From Malacoraja senta (Eukaryota), in contig CM075977.1 in the NCBI GenBank assembly GCA_038087875.1, positions 330,956,001 through 331,020,000 on the forward strand: a DNA stretch of 64,000 nucleotides, written 5' to 3'. The notes under the pieces are model-generated. The model saw only the letters and a list, made by a program, of their open reading frames with translations. It searched no databases and had not been told where the DNA came from. Positions 48,393-59,770 of this stretch are shown in pieces. The position numbers and the translations under genes are program-made. Position 1 is the stretch's first letter. The number at the start of each line of letters is the position of its first letter.

Positions 48393-50619
48393 TAAGTCTG
48401 GAGATGCGGGCGTAGAAGGCCATGTAACGTCTGCCGGAAGGCAAACACAGCATGACACGGTTGTCAAGATTGAGTGTTTGTAAACTGTGCGCTAGTGCTT
48501 TAAATCATTTTAGTAAATTGTAAAAATGTTTTGTATTGTTATCGGATCCAAATTGTATAAATATTACGTGTATGTAAACAAATTTAGAGTGTGTTAAGAT
48601 TTAGAAAGTTAAGATTTAAAGTGTGTTAAGTTCACGGACCGTTGTTTATATTGCTGCTTGAGTGCGTCTTTACGGATTTAGATACGAAGTAAAAGTGTGT
48701 TAGAGTTAAATATTTGTAATTGTTTAGAGTGTGGTATTGTGAGAATCTGAGTCGTGGTGGTTCGATCAGGGATTGTACTCTTTCGAGCGGGGGAGGAGTC
48801 ATTCCGCTGACCGATTGCTCCATGAGGAGGATTTATTAGAGTGCGTGATTGATTTATAATAAACAAATGTTTGTGGTTTATGTAGGAGTGTGGTTGTGCC
48901 TGATAGTAATAGGTAGCATGTTATCCTGCTTGTGGACTGTGTTACTTGCATGTCTTAAGATAATTTCAGGTGTTTCGATTGAGGATTAAATGAGCGTGGG
49001 TTTGTGTTTGATTGTGCTTGGATGTGTTTGATTGTTCCCTGGAGTACACTGATCCTTGAATGACGGGATTGAGAAAGTTGTAAGGTTGAAAGGGTGTGGA
49101 CTTGTGGGAGATAGGAGGAGAATTTGAATAGTAGAGTAGGATTGGTGGAGCAAAGGAGTAAAGAGTTGTGAGGCTGCGAAAGCTTTGAGCCATTAGCCAT
49201 TGTTTAAGAGCGAGCTTGATAAATTTAGGGATCAAAATGAAGGATTTAGGAATTCTGTTTTGGGTGTTCGGAAGCATGGGGAATAATGTAGATCGAGATG
49301 TGACAGAAGAGGAAAATAGCCCATTGCAACTAATGTGTAATGAGGTCCCTCACAAAGCAGAGTAATTAAGAAATTATGAAACAAGCTATGGCTGCCGGGG
49401 GGGCATTAGAACAGTAAAAGGGATAAAATACATAGAACGGATTATTTGGCAGCATAGTAATAACGATAGTGCAAAAGAATTAATAGGGTTATGGAGAAAA
49501 TATTATGAGGAATGGAAGGCAAATAAGGCGGTTAAGAGAATGGCTAGTTGTGAAAAAGTGATCGCTAAACTCGGAATAGAACTAAAAGAAGGTGAAGTAG
49601 ATCGACCTCCAGGCAGTAGAAGGACAGGAGTGGAGATGAAGAGAAACACACAGAACAAGGGAAAGTTAGATCTCCTGGAAGGAAATTAGTCCCTGTAGAA
49701 TTAAAGATTAGGAATCCGATGGTTAGTGCTGACTTCGAGGGGGAAGGAGATGAATATTCAGAAGAGTGGACAAATATTAACGCTAGTGAAAGTTCGCAGC
49801 TCCCACCATGTTCCTCTTGCGTTTCCCAGGCTTCACTAGCACCGTGTATGACTTGTGTCTGTAATAAATATTGTAGGTCTGCATAATCTATAACAACTCC
49901 TGCAGTTTCTACATCTGAACAGATTCTACCAAAAGCAGATACTGGGGTACCAGATTCTTCGAACCTATCCACGCCATCATTGATAGATTGTCCAGTGGCT
50001 TATGGCACGCGGAGTAGAATGAAAAGGTTAGCTCCGGTGTTTAAAGAAAAGGAAGTTATGTTAGATATAGTGCCAGAGTATTTCTGTGAGCCACAACCTA
50101 GACAGATTACACTAGTAAGAAAGAGGAACAATTTATTTGGGCAGTATCGGGAAACCCCTAGCGAACGGAAAGATTCATCTGAGGGTGAGACAGTGATTGA
50201 AGATACCGAGATAGATTTTGACATAACCGAGAGTTTACAAATTAAACAGATATCCCATAGGCAGTTCCCAGTAAGGGAAGGGCTGGGTACAGCAGATTCG
50301 ACCAGCGCAGTAAGTATGAATAATCCCCGTGCCACAGACGTCCATACTCCGTGGAAGCCCCATGACATAATGGCAGTATGAAACAGAATCCACGATAGGA
50401 AGAAGTCTGCTGCTGCCTTTATAGATTACTAGAATAAATGGGACCCATTGGGACCCATGTTCACACGAGGGGGCTGGTCCCCCAATGCAATATTCCACCT
50501 CTCCACCAATTCCAATATTGGTGGCCAGTGGGGGGGGGCATTCTGGAATGCTAGTATGGGTGTTGTGGGCCAAAGTGACTGGTTTCCAGAGGGCTAGTAT
50601 GGTCATTATGGGCTGGAGG

Positions 50620-50985
50620 TTCAGTCACTCAGGCCAAGTGGGCTGGCAGCTCAGGCCTGGTAGGCTGGCAGCTCAGTCACTCAGGCCTGGTGGGCTGGCA
50701 GCTCAGTCACTCAGACCTGCTGGGCTGGCAGCTCAGTCACTCAGGGCTGGTGGGCTGGAAGCTCAGTCACTCAGGGCTGGTGGGCTGGCAGCTCAGTCAC
50801 TCAGGGCTGGTGGGCTGGCAGATCAGTCACTCAGTCCTGGTGGGCTGGCAGCTCAGTCACTCAGGCCTGCTGGGCTGGCAGCTCAGTCACTCAGGGCTGG
50901 TGGGCTGGAAGCTCAGTCACTCAGGGCTGGTGGGCTGGCAGCTCACACTCAGGGCTGGTGGGCTGGCAGATCAGTCACTCAGGTC
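50620..50985. repeat. 30-bp minisatellite
   Basis: GCTCAGTCACTCAGGGCTGGTGGGCTGGCA, ~12 units. Confidence 0.95.
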
Positions 50986-51004
50986 CACCCATGGCTATTC
51001 CTTG

Positions 51005-51363
51005 AAATTCCATTTCAAGCAGAGTGCTGGCCACCAAATTCAATTTCATAGTATTTCAAGCAGCGCGCAGGCCACCAAATTCAATTTCATAGCATTTCAA
51101 GCAGAGTGCAGGCCACCAATTTCAATTTCATTGCATTTCAAGCAGAGTGCAGGCCAAATTCAATTTCATAGCATTTCAAGCAGAGTGCAGGCCACCAAAT
51201 TCAATTTCATAGCATTTCAAGCAGTGTGCAGGCCACCAAATTCAATTTCATAGCATTTCAAGCAGAGTGCAGGCCACCAAATTCAATTTCATAGCATTTC
51301 AAGCGGAGTGCAGGCCACCAAATTCAATTTCATAGCATTTCAATCAGAGTGCAGGCCACCAAA
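51005..51363. repeat. 41-bp minisatellite
   Basis: GGCCACCAAATTCAATTTCATAGCATTTCAAGCAGAGTGCA, ~9 units. Confidence 0.95.
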
Positions 51364-51607
51364 TTGCCAAACAACTCATTGCATTGTCATTAAGGATGAA
51401 CAAATCATTTATTACAAGTACATTGCAGACTCACAGTTGAGTTGATTCACAGCTTAGAATCACAGTTGTGGATTCTCCCTCACGATCTTCCAGAGTGAAT
51501 GACTCCAGGCATCCGGGGTTTTATAGTCCTGCCAACCCCCCCACCCCCCGGTAGGGGCTTTACCTTAATCATGGTGATTAACAGGCGAGAGGTCCAATCA
51601 GCTGATC

Positions 51608-52587
51608 TCAATAGACAATAGACAATAGACAATAGGTGCAGGAATAGGCCATTTGGCCCTTCGAACCAGCACCACCATTCAATGTGATCATGGCTGATAA
51701 CCCCCAATCAGTACCCTGTTCCTGCCTTCTCCCCATATCCCCTGACTCCGCTATTTTTAAGAGCCCTATCTGGCTCTCTCTTCAAAGCATCCAGAGAACC
51801 CGCTTCCACCGCCCTCTGAGGCAGAGAATTCCACAGACTCACAACTCTCTGTGAGAAAAAGTGTTTCCTCGTCTCCGTTCTAAATGGCTTACTCCTTATT
51901 CTTAAACTGTGGCCCCTGGTTCTGGACTCCCCCAACATCGGGAACATGTTTCCTGCCTCTCGCGTGTCCAAGCACTTAACGATCTTATATGTTTCAATGA
52001 GATCATCCTCTCATCCTTCTAAACTCCAGAGTGTACAAGCCCAGCTGCTCCATTCTCTCAGCATATGACAGTCCCGCCTTCCCGGGAATTAACCTTGTAA
52101 ACCTACGCTGTACTCCCTCAATAGCAAGAATGTCCTTCCTCAAATTAGGGGACCAAAACTGCACACAATACTCCAGGTGTGGTCTCAATAGGGCTCTGTA
52201 CAACTGCAGAAGGGCTTATTTTCTCCTATATTCGATTCCTCTTGTTATAAAGGCCAACATGCCATTCACTTTCTTCACTGCCTGCTGTACCTCCATGCTT
52301 ACTTTCATAGACTCATGTACAAGGACCCCCAGATCCCGTTGTACTTCCCCTTTTCCCAACTTGACGCCATATAGAAAGTAATCTGCCTTCCTGTTTTTGC
52401 TACCAAAGTGGATATCCTCACATTTATCCACATTAAACTTCATCTGCCATGCATCTGCCCACTCCCCCAACCTGTGCAAGTTATCCTGCATTCTCATAGC
52501 ATCCTCCTCACAGTTCACACTGCCACCCAGCTTTGTGTCATCTGCAAATTTGCTAATATTACTTTGAATCCCTTTATCCAAATCATT
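51608..52587 (-). mobile_element. Young CR1 nested in the Helitron
   Basis: KFADDTK...RPHLEYCVQFWSP; (GACAATA)n tail. Confidence 0.92.
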
Positions 52588-52829
52588 GATTTTTTAAACA
52601 CTCATAACTTTTTTTTTCATCGATCAGAAAAACCCTCGGGGTTGCCTCAGCGGAGGACTGTGAGTAAGATGACCAAAAATTATAGCGATATATGGTAGCG
52701 TTTTTTCTAAAATCAATATACAGCGCAGACATGAAGTGGTCTAGATGAGACTTTTAGTTATATAGTTTTAAGAACCACAATGCGTGTATATCATGCAGGT
52801 TCCCGGGATTTGTGGGAGACCATACAACA

Positions 52830-55120
52830 GATCAATCAATCAATCAAAGACTTTATTGTCATTCAAAAATACACCAACAAATGCGTCTGAATGAAATTTC
52901 ATTGCATCTGGCTCACCGTGCAACATAAAATAACAAAAGGATAAAATAGATAAAAAGATAAAATAGATAAAAAGATAAAATAGATAATAGTGGCGGCACA
53001 TTATATAGAATTCAAGAATCTGATGGCTCGGGGGAAGAAGCTGTTGCAAAACCTGGCTATTCTGCTCCTTATACTGCGATACCTTTTGCCCGAGGGCAGC
53101 AGAGTGAACAGTCCATGATGGAGATGTGTGGGGTCTTTTATAATGCTGTTGGCCTTGGACAAACAATGTGTGCACGCAATGTCCCGGATTGAAGGAAGAG
53201 AAGTCCCGATGATTTTTTCAGCCGTCCTCACCACTCTCTGCATAGACTTCCAGTCGGAGGCTTTACAGTCCCCAAACCAGACAGAGATGCAGCTGGTCAA
53301 AATGCTCTCGATGGTGCCCCTGTAGAAAGTGGTGAGGACGGGATGGGGGAGGTGAGCTCTCCTCATCCGGCGCAGAAAGTGCAAACGTTGCTGCGCTCTC
53401 TTAACTAGTGATGCAATGTTTTGTGACCAGGTCAGACTGTTCGTGATCTGCACCCCCAGGAACTTAGTGCTACTGACCAACTCCACATCAATGTCATTAA
53501 TGTGTAGTGGTGCGTGACTGTGCCGGTTTCTCCTGATGACCTCCTTTGTTTTGTCAACATTCAGGATCAGATTGTTCGTGTTGCACCAGTCCACCAGTTG
53601 TTTCACCTCCTCCCTGTAAGCCAGTTCATTGTCGTCCCTGATAAGACCCACCACTGTTGTGTCATCTGCGTACTTCATGATGTGGTTTGTACTAAACCTG
53701 GCACAACAGTCGTGGGTCATCAGGGTAAACAGCAGTGGACTCAGGACGCAGCCCTGAGGGAACCGGTGCTCAGAGAGATGATGTTGGAGGTGTTGTTTCC
53801 AACCCGCACTGACTGGGGTCTGTCAGTGAAGAAGTCCAGTAGCCAGTTACACAAGGGGGTGCTGAGGTCCAATGAACCCAATTTGCTTACCAAGTGCTGA
53901 GGGGTGATTGTATTGAATGCTGAACTAAAGTCCACGAACAGCATTCGCACATATTTGTTCTTCTCCTCTAGATGTTCCAGGCTCAGATGGAGTACGGAGG
54001 ATATGGCGTCCTCTGTAGAGCAGTTTGGCCTGTAAGCAAACTGGAACGGGTCAAGTGTGGAGGGGAGTCTGGAGGTAATATGGTCCCTGACCAGCCTCTC
54101 GAAGCACTTCATCATTATGGGAGTGAGTGCTACAGGGCGGTAATCGTTGAGACATGTTATTGCGGATTTTTTTGGCACTGGTATGATGGTGGCAGTCTTG
54201 AAACACGATGGGACAACAGCCTGGTTCAGTGAGGTGTTGAAGATGTCAGTAAGGACATGCGCCAGCTGATCAGCACATTTCCTGAGCACCTGGCCTGGTA
54301 TGTTATCAGGGCCTGCCGCCTTCCGTGTGTTCACTCCTTTTATGGTCCTCCGAACATCCACTGTATCAAGACTGAGTGCCTGTTCATCATAGTGAGGAAT
54401 GCCTTTTCTCGCAGGTGTGTTGTTGAATGCCTCAAACCGTCCAAAATATTTATTGAGTTCATTGAGGAAGTTTATGTTGTCTTCACAGGGTGGTGGAGCA
54501 GTCTTATAGTCCGTGATGGTTTGGATTCCCTGCCACATGCGCCTGGTGTTCATGGGGTCATGAAAGAAGCTCTGGATTTTCTGACCATGGGCACACTTTG
54601 CCAGCCTGATGACTCGGTTCAGGTTGGCTCTTGCGGATCTGAGTGCCACCAAGTCACTGGATTTGAACGCGGTATTTCGTGCTCTCAGCATACCACGTAC
54701 CTCAGGGGTCATCCAGGGTTTCTGGTTGGCCCGTATAGTGAAGGTCTTGGTGACACAGACATCCTCTATGCACTTTTCCATGTAAGCAGACACAGACGCA
54801 GCATACTCCTCCAGGTTGGTGTGTTGATTGTCAGTTGCAGCCTTCTTGAACATGTCCCAGTCCGTGCACTCAAAGCAGTCCTGTAATGCTGTCATAGCTC
54901 CCTCTGGCCAGACCCTAACCTGCTTCACAGTAGGTTTTTCTCAGGTAAGCAGGGGCCTGTATGCAGGAATTAGCATCACAGAGATATGGTCTGAGCCAAG
55001 ATGTGGGTGGGAGGGACTGCCTTGAATGTCTTCTTAATGTTTGTATAGGCTAGGTCCAGTGTGTTCACTCCCCTGGTTGCAAAGTCCACATGCTGGTAGT
55101 AATGTGGGAAAACTGTCTTC
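52830..55120 (-). mobile_element. Rex1/Babar LINE, 5'-truncated, RT nearly intact (one frameshift at ~53750)
   Basis: ORFs 53741-54928 and 53001-53720: KAAGPD, YRPVALT, VDFSSAFNTI, KYADDT, FLGV; (TTGA)n tail. Confidence 0.92.
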
Positions 55121-57909
55121 ATGATAATTACTCCAGCTGAAAATACCAAATTTCTAGTAGCCCTAGGACACCCAACTTATGAAGTCTTGGCAAACGTAGT
55201 AATGAATGACAGTGCAAGAGATGAGGCTGTTTTAATGGCCCTTGCAAAAACGTTTCAGAAACCAGGCGATTTAAAACGAGTTCTGGAAATAAAACCAGAA
55301 AAGGGTGAAGGAGCAGACGAATTTCTAGACGCTTTTTGGATTTAATTAAAACTGATAACAGAAACTGGTCTGAGAACCGAGCCAGTCAATTAGCCAGAGC
55401 TGTGAGGCACTATTGGAAGGAGGGTAGGAACCAGGAAAATTACCCTGTAACTAGAAGAGAAAGTGAATGCATAGCCAAGAAAGAAATGCCAAGATCTAAC
55501 TCAGAACCATGGATTCCCGATTGAGAGAAATTAGGGTCACAGATCACTCAGATTATTATCACCACTACACTCCTAATTTAGAACCCATTCCAATGAAACC
55601 AAGAGGTAGAATAAGACCAACCATGTTGCCTAATCAATGCTATACTTGTGGGGGAATGGGACATTGGAGTCGGGCCTGTCCAACAAAGGAGCGAGTGAGA
55701 GAGAGGGGTCAAATAAGGGATTTGCAGGATTACGAAGAAATTAGAAATCCTAGGGAATATAGAAACATCCGAGATCCGAGGAATTATGAGAGGTCCTTTA
55801 ATTCCAGAGCCTACTGGGACCCAACTGACCAGAGAGAGAGAGATGGCCTGAATGTCAGGAACCAAGAAGTCACACACCGTTCACTCAAGCTAACCCATTC
55901 TCTCAGCCTTGACTTACCAACCCATTCATGAATTGTGGGCATGGAGACATGACCCCTACTCTACAATCCCCTACAGTAATTTACCAGAATGAACTAATTG
56001 GATGTACTATTGTAGTAAAAACTGAAAATCACATAGAAGAAAATTGTAAACCATCTTATGACTACCCCAGAAAACCCCTCAGAGCAAAGAACATTGTAAA
56101 TCAAGGAGCTTGTTACAACTGTACCCAATTAGGTCATTGGAGCAAGGAGTGTCCAGCGAGAAGACAGAATATAGCAGGACGGAAGAAAAACCAAGGGGCA
56201 ATAAAGAAAGTAAGAAAAGGAACATAGTAACTGGTGAGAAGGAATGGTAACTAAGGAATGGAAATGGCACTAGGAAGAGAAGAAACAAATTTATTGTGCA
56301 GAAGGTACGGGAGTGGGGAAAGAAGTTATTATACTGACGTGTTACTGAGTTTGTGACTGCAGGACAGTATATCGACAACATACTATCTGGGGAGTGAGGT
56401 AAAGAATACACGGACCCCTTGAGAACGGGCAGAAGACACCAAAGGTAATGTAGCTCCCCAGAAACAGGAATCAACTAGCAGGAGGGAATGATACTGTCCT
56501 GCTCCTCAGTATCCCTACGCCCTTGAAAACACCAGAAATGAAGAAGAAGAAGAAGAAGAAAAAGTAGACCTACCCTAGTGCCCAACTTTAACATCATCTT
56601 GCTTTTGAAGAAAGAACAGGAAGGAAAGTAAAGGACACTATCTAATCTTCCCTAAAGAAACAACACTGACAACCTATAACGACTATTGGGACAAGCTCCG
56701 CTTTAAAAAACTGAATATTTAAAAAAACATTCCTCTGTGGTTTGGAGTAAAATACCTAATTTGCGTCTAAATTATGATTATTAGAAATAAATTTAGGAAA
56801 TGTTGGTTTCGGTCTCGAAATTGTATGGTAATTAATTGGAGGGAAATTTTGAGATTTGGAACAGACTTGTGAAATTTGGTTTAAGGATATTTGAAGTTTG
56901 ATTATTAATTGATATTGTTATTATCTCATCCCCAGACAGGCAGCCAAAGATGGGAAGGATTATTCAGAGGACATCAGGAAGGATGGAACATGGGAAGATC
57001 TGGTAACATGCAAATTATTCAGGGAATATGAGAGTTGGAATTAAAATTGGAATTAAAATTGGAATTGAAATTGAAATTGGAGTTAGAATTGGAAATGGTC
57101 AAAAGAGGAACTGTGAGCAGCAGGACTTCCCTTTAAGAGACCGGACTAGAAATTACTCAGTAGTCAGGAAGTAGTATAAGCGAGAATACCTAGACTGAGA
57201 ATGCAGCCAACATAGTAAGGAGTCAACATAAATAGGAAGAGGTACTGGTGGAGAAACCTAGTGAATTGTAGAGGGAGAAAATTTGAATGGGCGTAGGAAT
57301 AGCAGAGCTGATGCATATTTAACTGATGGATCTAAATTGTTTAACCCTTGATGGTAAAGCGGCTTCTATTATCAAGGTGGAAAGAAATTGTCCCCGGATT
57401 CGGCATTCTTAATTGGATTTATAATGAAATTTACAGCATATAGAAATTGATTGTTTAAATTTGAACAGCTGGGAATTCCACAGGAATTGGAATGGAATTG
57501 TGTTATCGGCCACAATGCTGTGGAATAAGAAGGATGAGATGGACTGAAACTTGAAATAGTAAATTGAAGGCTGAGACTGAATTTGGTTAAATTGGAACAT
57601 TTATCATGGTTTGCTTTAAATTAGAGTCATGCCTGTAGGGAAATCTGGACTGAACCCAGTTGAAATTTATATGAGAACCCTTCATCAGATATACATATTA
57701 TAACATCATGTGAATATGGAGAGGGCTGATCCAAGGATAATAAAGAGTATATTAGGGAACAGAATAGGAATAGGAACACAGTGATAGAACAGAACATAAT
57801 AGGTTTGATTGAAGTGGAATGTATGGGAAAGCAAGGGTGCATGATGGTAACTTGCTTTGTCCCAAGTTTTTCAGGAATTTTAGGTTATAGGTTCGACTAT
57901 GGAAAGGGA

Positions 57910-58578
57910 TGAAAGAAGCTTGTCTGCAGAAATGAGACTAGCTGCAGAATGGCCAGCCTAGATAAGAGTTGCAGGGAAAGAATGAGACATCTGCAGACCA
58001 TGTCAATTAGGTGTAAATTGCATGAAATGGATTGGGTGAATGCAAACCAGGCATAAACATTGTAAATATTGTTGCAAAACTTTACTTTGCTAGATGTTGA
58101 TTGGGTTAAGTGTTGAGTCTTGTCTGGTTTTCTTGCATATCAGGGTAAATGTTGCGATGTCTGCTTCCTCCGAGAAACACTGTTTGAATACAATGTATTA
58201 GCTACTGTATTATTGGGTTTGGGAAATGTCTGCCATGTATGGGGTTAATCGATATCTGTAATTGGATTGTAAAGAGACCACTCCCATGTGGTTCGGCCCC
58301 TCAATGTCCAGGGACCTATGAAAGTCCACTGCCACGAGGTCCTGCGTCGATCTTCTGGGAGAGCACTTGGGACTTTGGGACCTTCTGGAGTGTCTCTGTT
58401 TGAGCGAGGCCTAGAGGGCTTGATCAGGCAGATACGAGGATCGAACCCGCGGTGGTTAGGTACAGTAGTTGAATTGTAATTGTGTTTTATCAAAATAAAG
58501 ATTAGTTGCGCAAGTGCTTGATTCAGTGGATTTTGACTGAAACTAGACTGTGGGGAAGCTTAGAATGAACAATTTGCA
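57910..58578 (+). mobile_element. ERV 3' LTR (start approximate)
   Basis: Preceded by purine run GGAAAGGGA, starts TGAAAGA; homologous to the 5' LTR; ends TTTGCA; no PBS follows. Confidence 0.85.
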
Positions 58579-58813
58579 TGCCCATTGGGTCTGAGGAGAG
58601 GAAACGGCAGACAAAAGCAAAAATCAAAGTTCTGCAGGTACTCAACAGGTCAGGCCGCATCTGTGGAGGGAATGGATGGATGACATTTTGGGTTGGATTC
58701 CTTCTTCATACTGAAAGCTGGAAAGGAAAGCTGGCAGTGGAACAAACCTGACAAGTGATAGGTGGATACAGGAGAGGGGGAGACGCATGGAGATTGGCAG
58801 ATGGGCAGAGTAA

Positions 58814-59528
58814 AGGGCCTGTCCCACTTAGGCGATGTTTTAGGCGACTGCCTGTGACTGTCAGTGTCATAGCAGGTCGCCGAAAAACTGGATCCCCCCT
58901 GCAACAATGTCTATGACAAGCTACAACAACCTACCATCTAGTCGACATCAAGCTACGGCAAGCTATCGAAAACTGGCAACCCAATCATCGTGACTTAGGA
59001 CGTCCACCTACGACCACAACTATGACAACCTACGACGACACCTACGACAACCTATGACCACACAGGCGACAACCTACGACATCTGAAGTCAACCTACGTC
59101 CACCTGCAACAAGCTACGACAGGCTATGACATGCCCATCGGCGACAACTGAAGACACCTAAAGACAATGCCTGTCGCTACTTGCCTTCTCTTGACGCTGG
59201 TACCTGTCGCCGGTTGACGTAGGTTGACATAGGTAGTCGCCGATGGAATTCACCAAAGTCAGCACCCGCGACAACCTACGTCACCTGGCGACAACCTACG
59301 ACAGCACCTGCGACAGGAGAAGTCAAGCTACGCTCATTGGTGTCAAGCCCACTGTTGCCGAAAATGTTTGAACATTTTGAAAATCCAGCGGCGACCAGAA
59401 AGACACTGTAACTCTTTGTGCGACTGAGGAAACTACTAATGACCATGCAGGCGACACACCGGCGATCATGTGGCAACAGCCTAGTGGCCTGTAGTCGCCT
59501 AAAAATGTGCTTAAGTGGGACAGGCCCT
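58814..59528. mobile_element. PIF/Harbinger-type MITE
   Basis: 17-bp TIR AGGGCCTGTCCCACTTA / TAAGTGGGACAGGCCCT; flanks TAA/TCA; internal CGACAACCTAC repeats. Confidence 0.8.
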
Positions 59529-59770
59529 TCAGTGACAAAGATTAGAGGTGCAAAGAACACAAAATTGTGTCAGATAAGGAAAGAAGAGGAGGAGTGAAAT
59601 GTAAACCCAGAGGGAGGGATAGTGATGGAAGAGGACAGGTAGCAAGGAAAAAGGGGGGTTAAAAGAGAAATGTGGCCAGCGGCGATGGGAAATGAGCATA
59701 TGAAGAAGAGAAATGGAGCAGGATGACTGGGGTGGTCAGAGATGGTGGAAAAAATGTGGGCACATTGAGG

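Larger units (their letters stand above)
43118..49829 (+). repeat. Tandem duplication of the LTR 3' end, PBS, leader and 5' gag (copy 1 43118-46172; copy 2 46170-49829)
   Basis: Sequence after 46170 repeats from 43118 with scattered differences; CAG microhomology at the junction. Confidence 0.93.
50429..52766 (-). mobile_element. Non-autonomous Helitron
   Basis: Minus-strand 5' end (A)CTATATAACTAAAAG; 3' GC-rich near-hairpin GGGTCCCAATGGGTCCC then CTAG; inserted between A and T with no TSD; removal restores the gag frame. Confidence 0.8.
49276..56227 (+). pseudogene. gag: Retroviral gag, disrupted (pieces 49276-50428, 52767-52832, ~55121-56227; 5' part also at 45618-46170)
   Basis: MGNN N-terminus, SPLQLM, QFPVRE...VHTPW capsid start, AAFIDY|LRTTMRVYHAGSRDLWETIQQI, MHR-like VLEIKPEKGEGADEFLD, knuckles CYTCGGMGHWSRAC and CYNCTQLGHWSKEC. 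Confidence 0.85.
42660..58578 (+). mobile_element. Class I (gamma/epsilon-like) endogenous retrovirus, gag-only, with 5' tandem duplication and nested insertions
   Basis: LTR, PBS-Pro, leader, gag, purine tract, LTR. Confidence 0.88.

Noticed and set aside
47922-48467. GC-rich ORFs and CpG island suggesting a host gene promoter or first exon
   Set aside because: They lie in or overlap an insertion that is absent from the duplicate copy and bounded by TIRs and a TAA TSD
50485-51253. 188-aa and 187-aa repetitive ORFs
   Set aside because: Translations of stop-free minisatellites inside the Helitron
54257-54886. 209-aa plus-strand ORF
   Set aside because: Antisense shadow of the Rex1/Babar RT frame
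57310-57335. AYLTDGS, resembling the retroviral RNase H TDGS motif
   Set aside because: Isolated four-residue match with no other pol motifs in register; not enough to call pol
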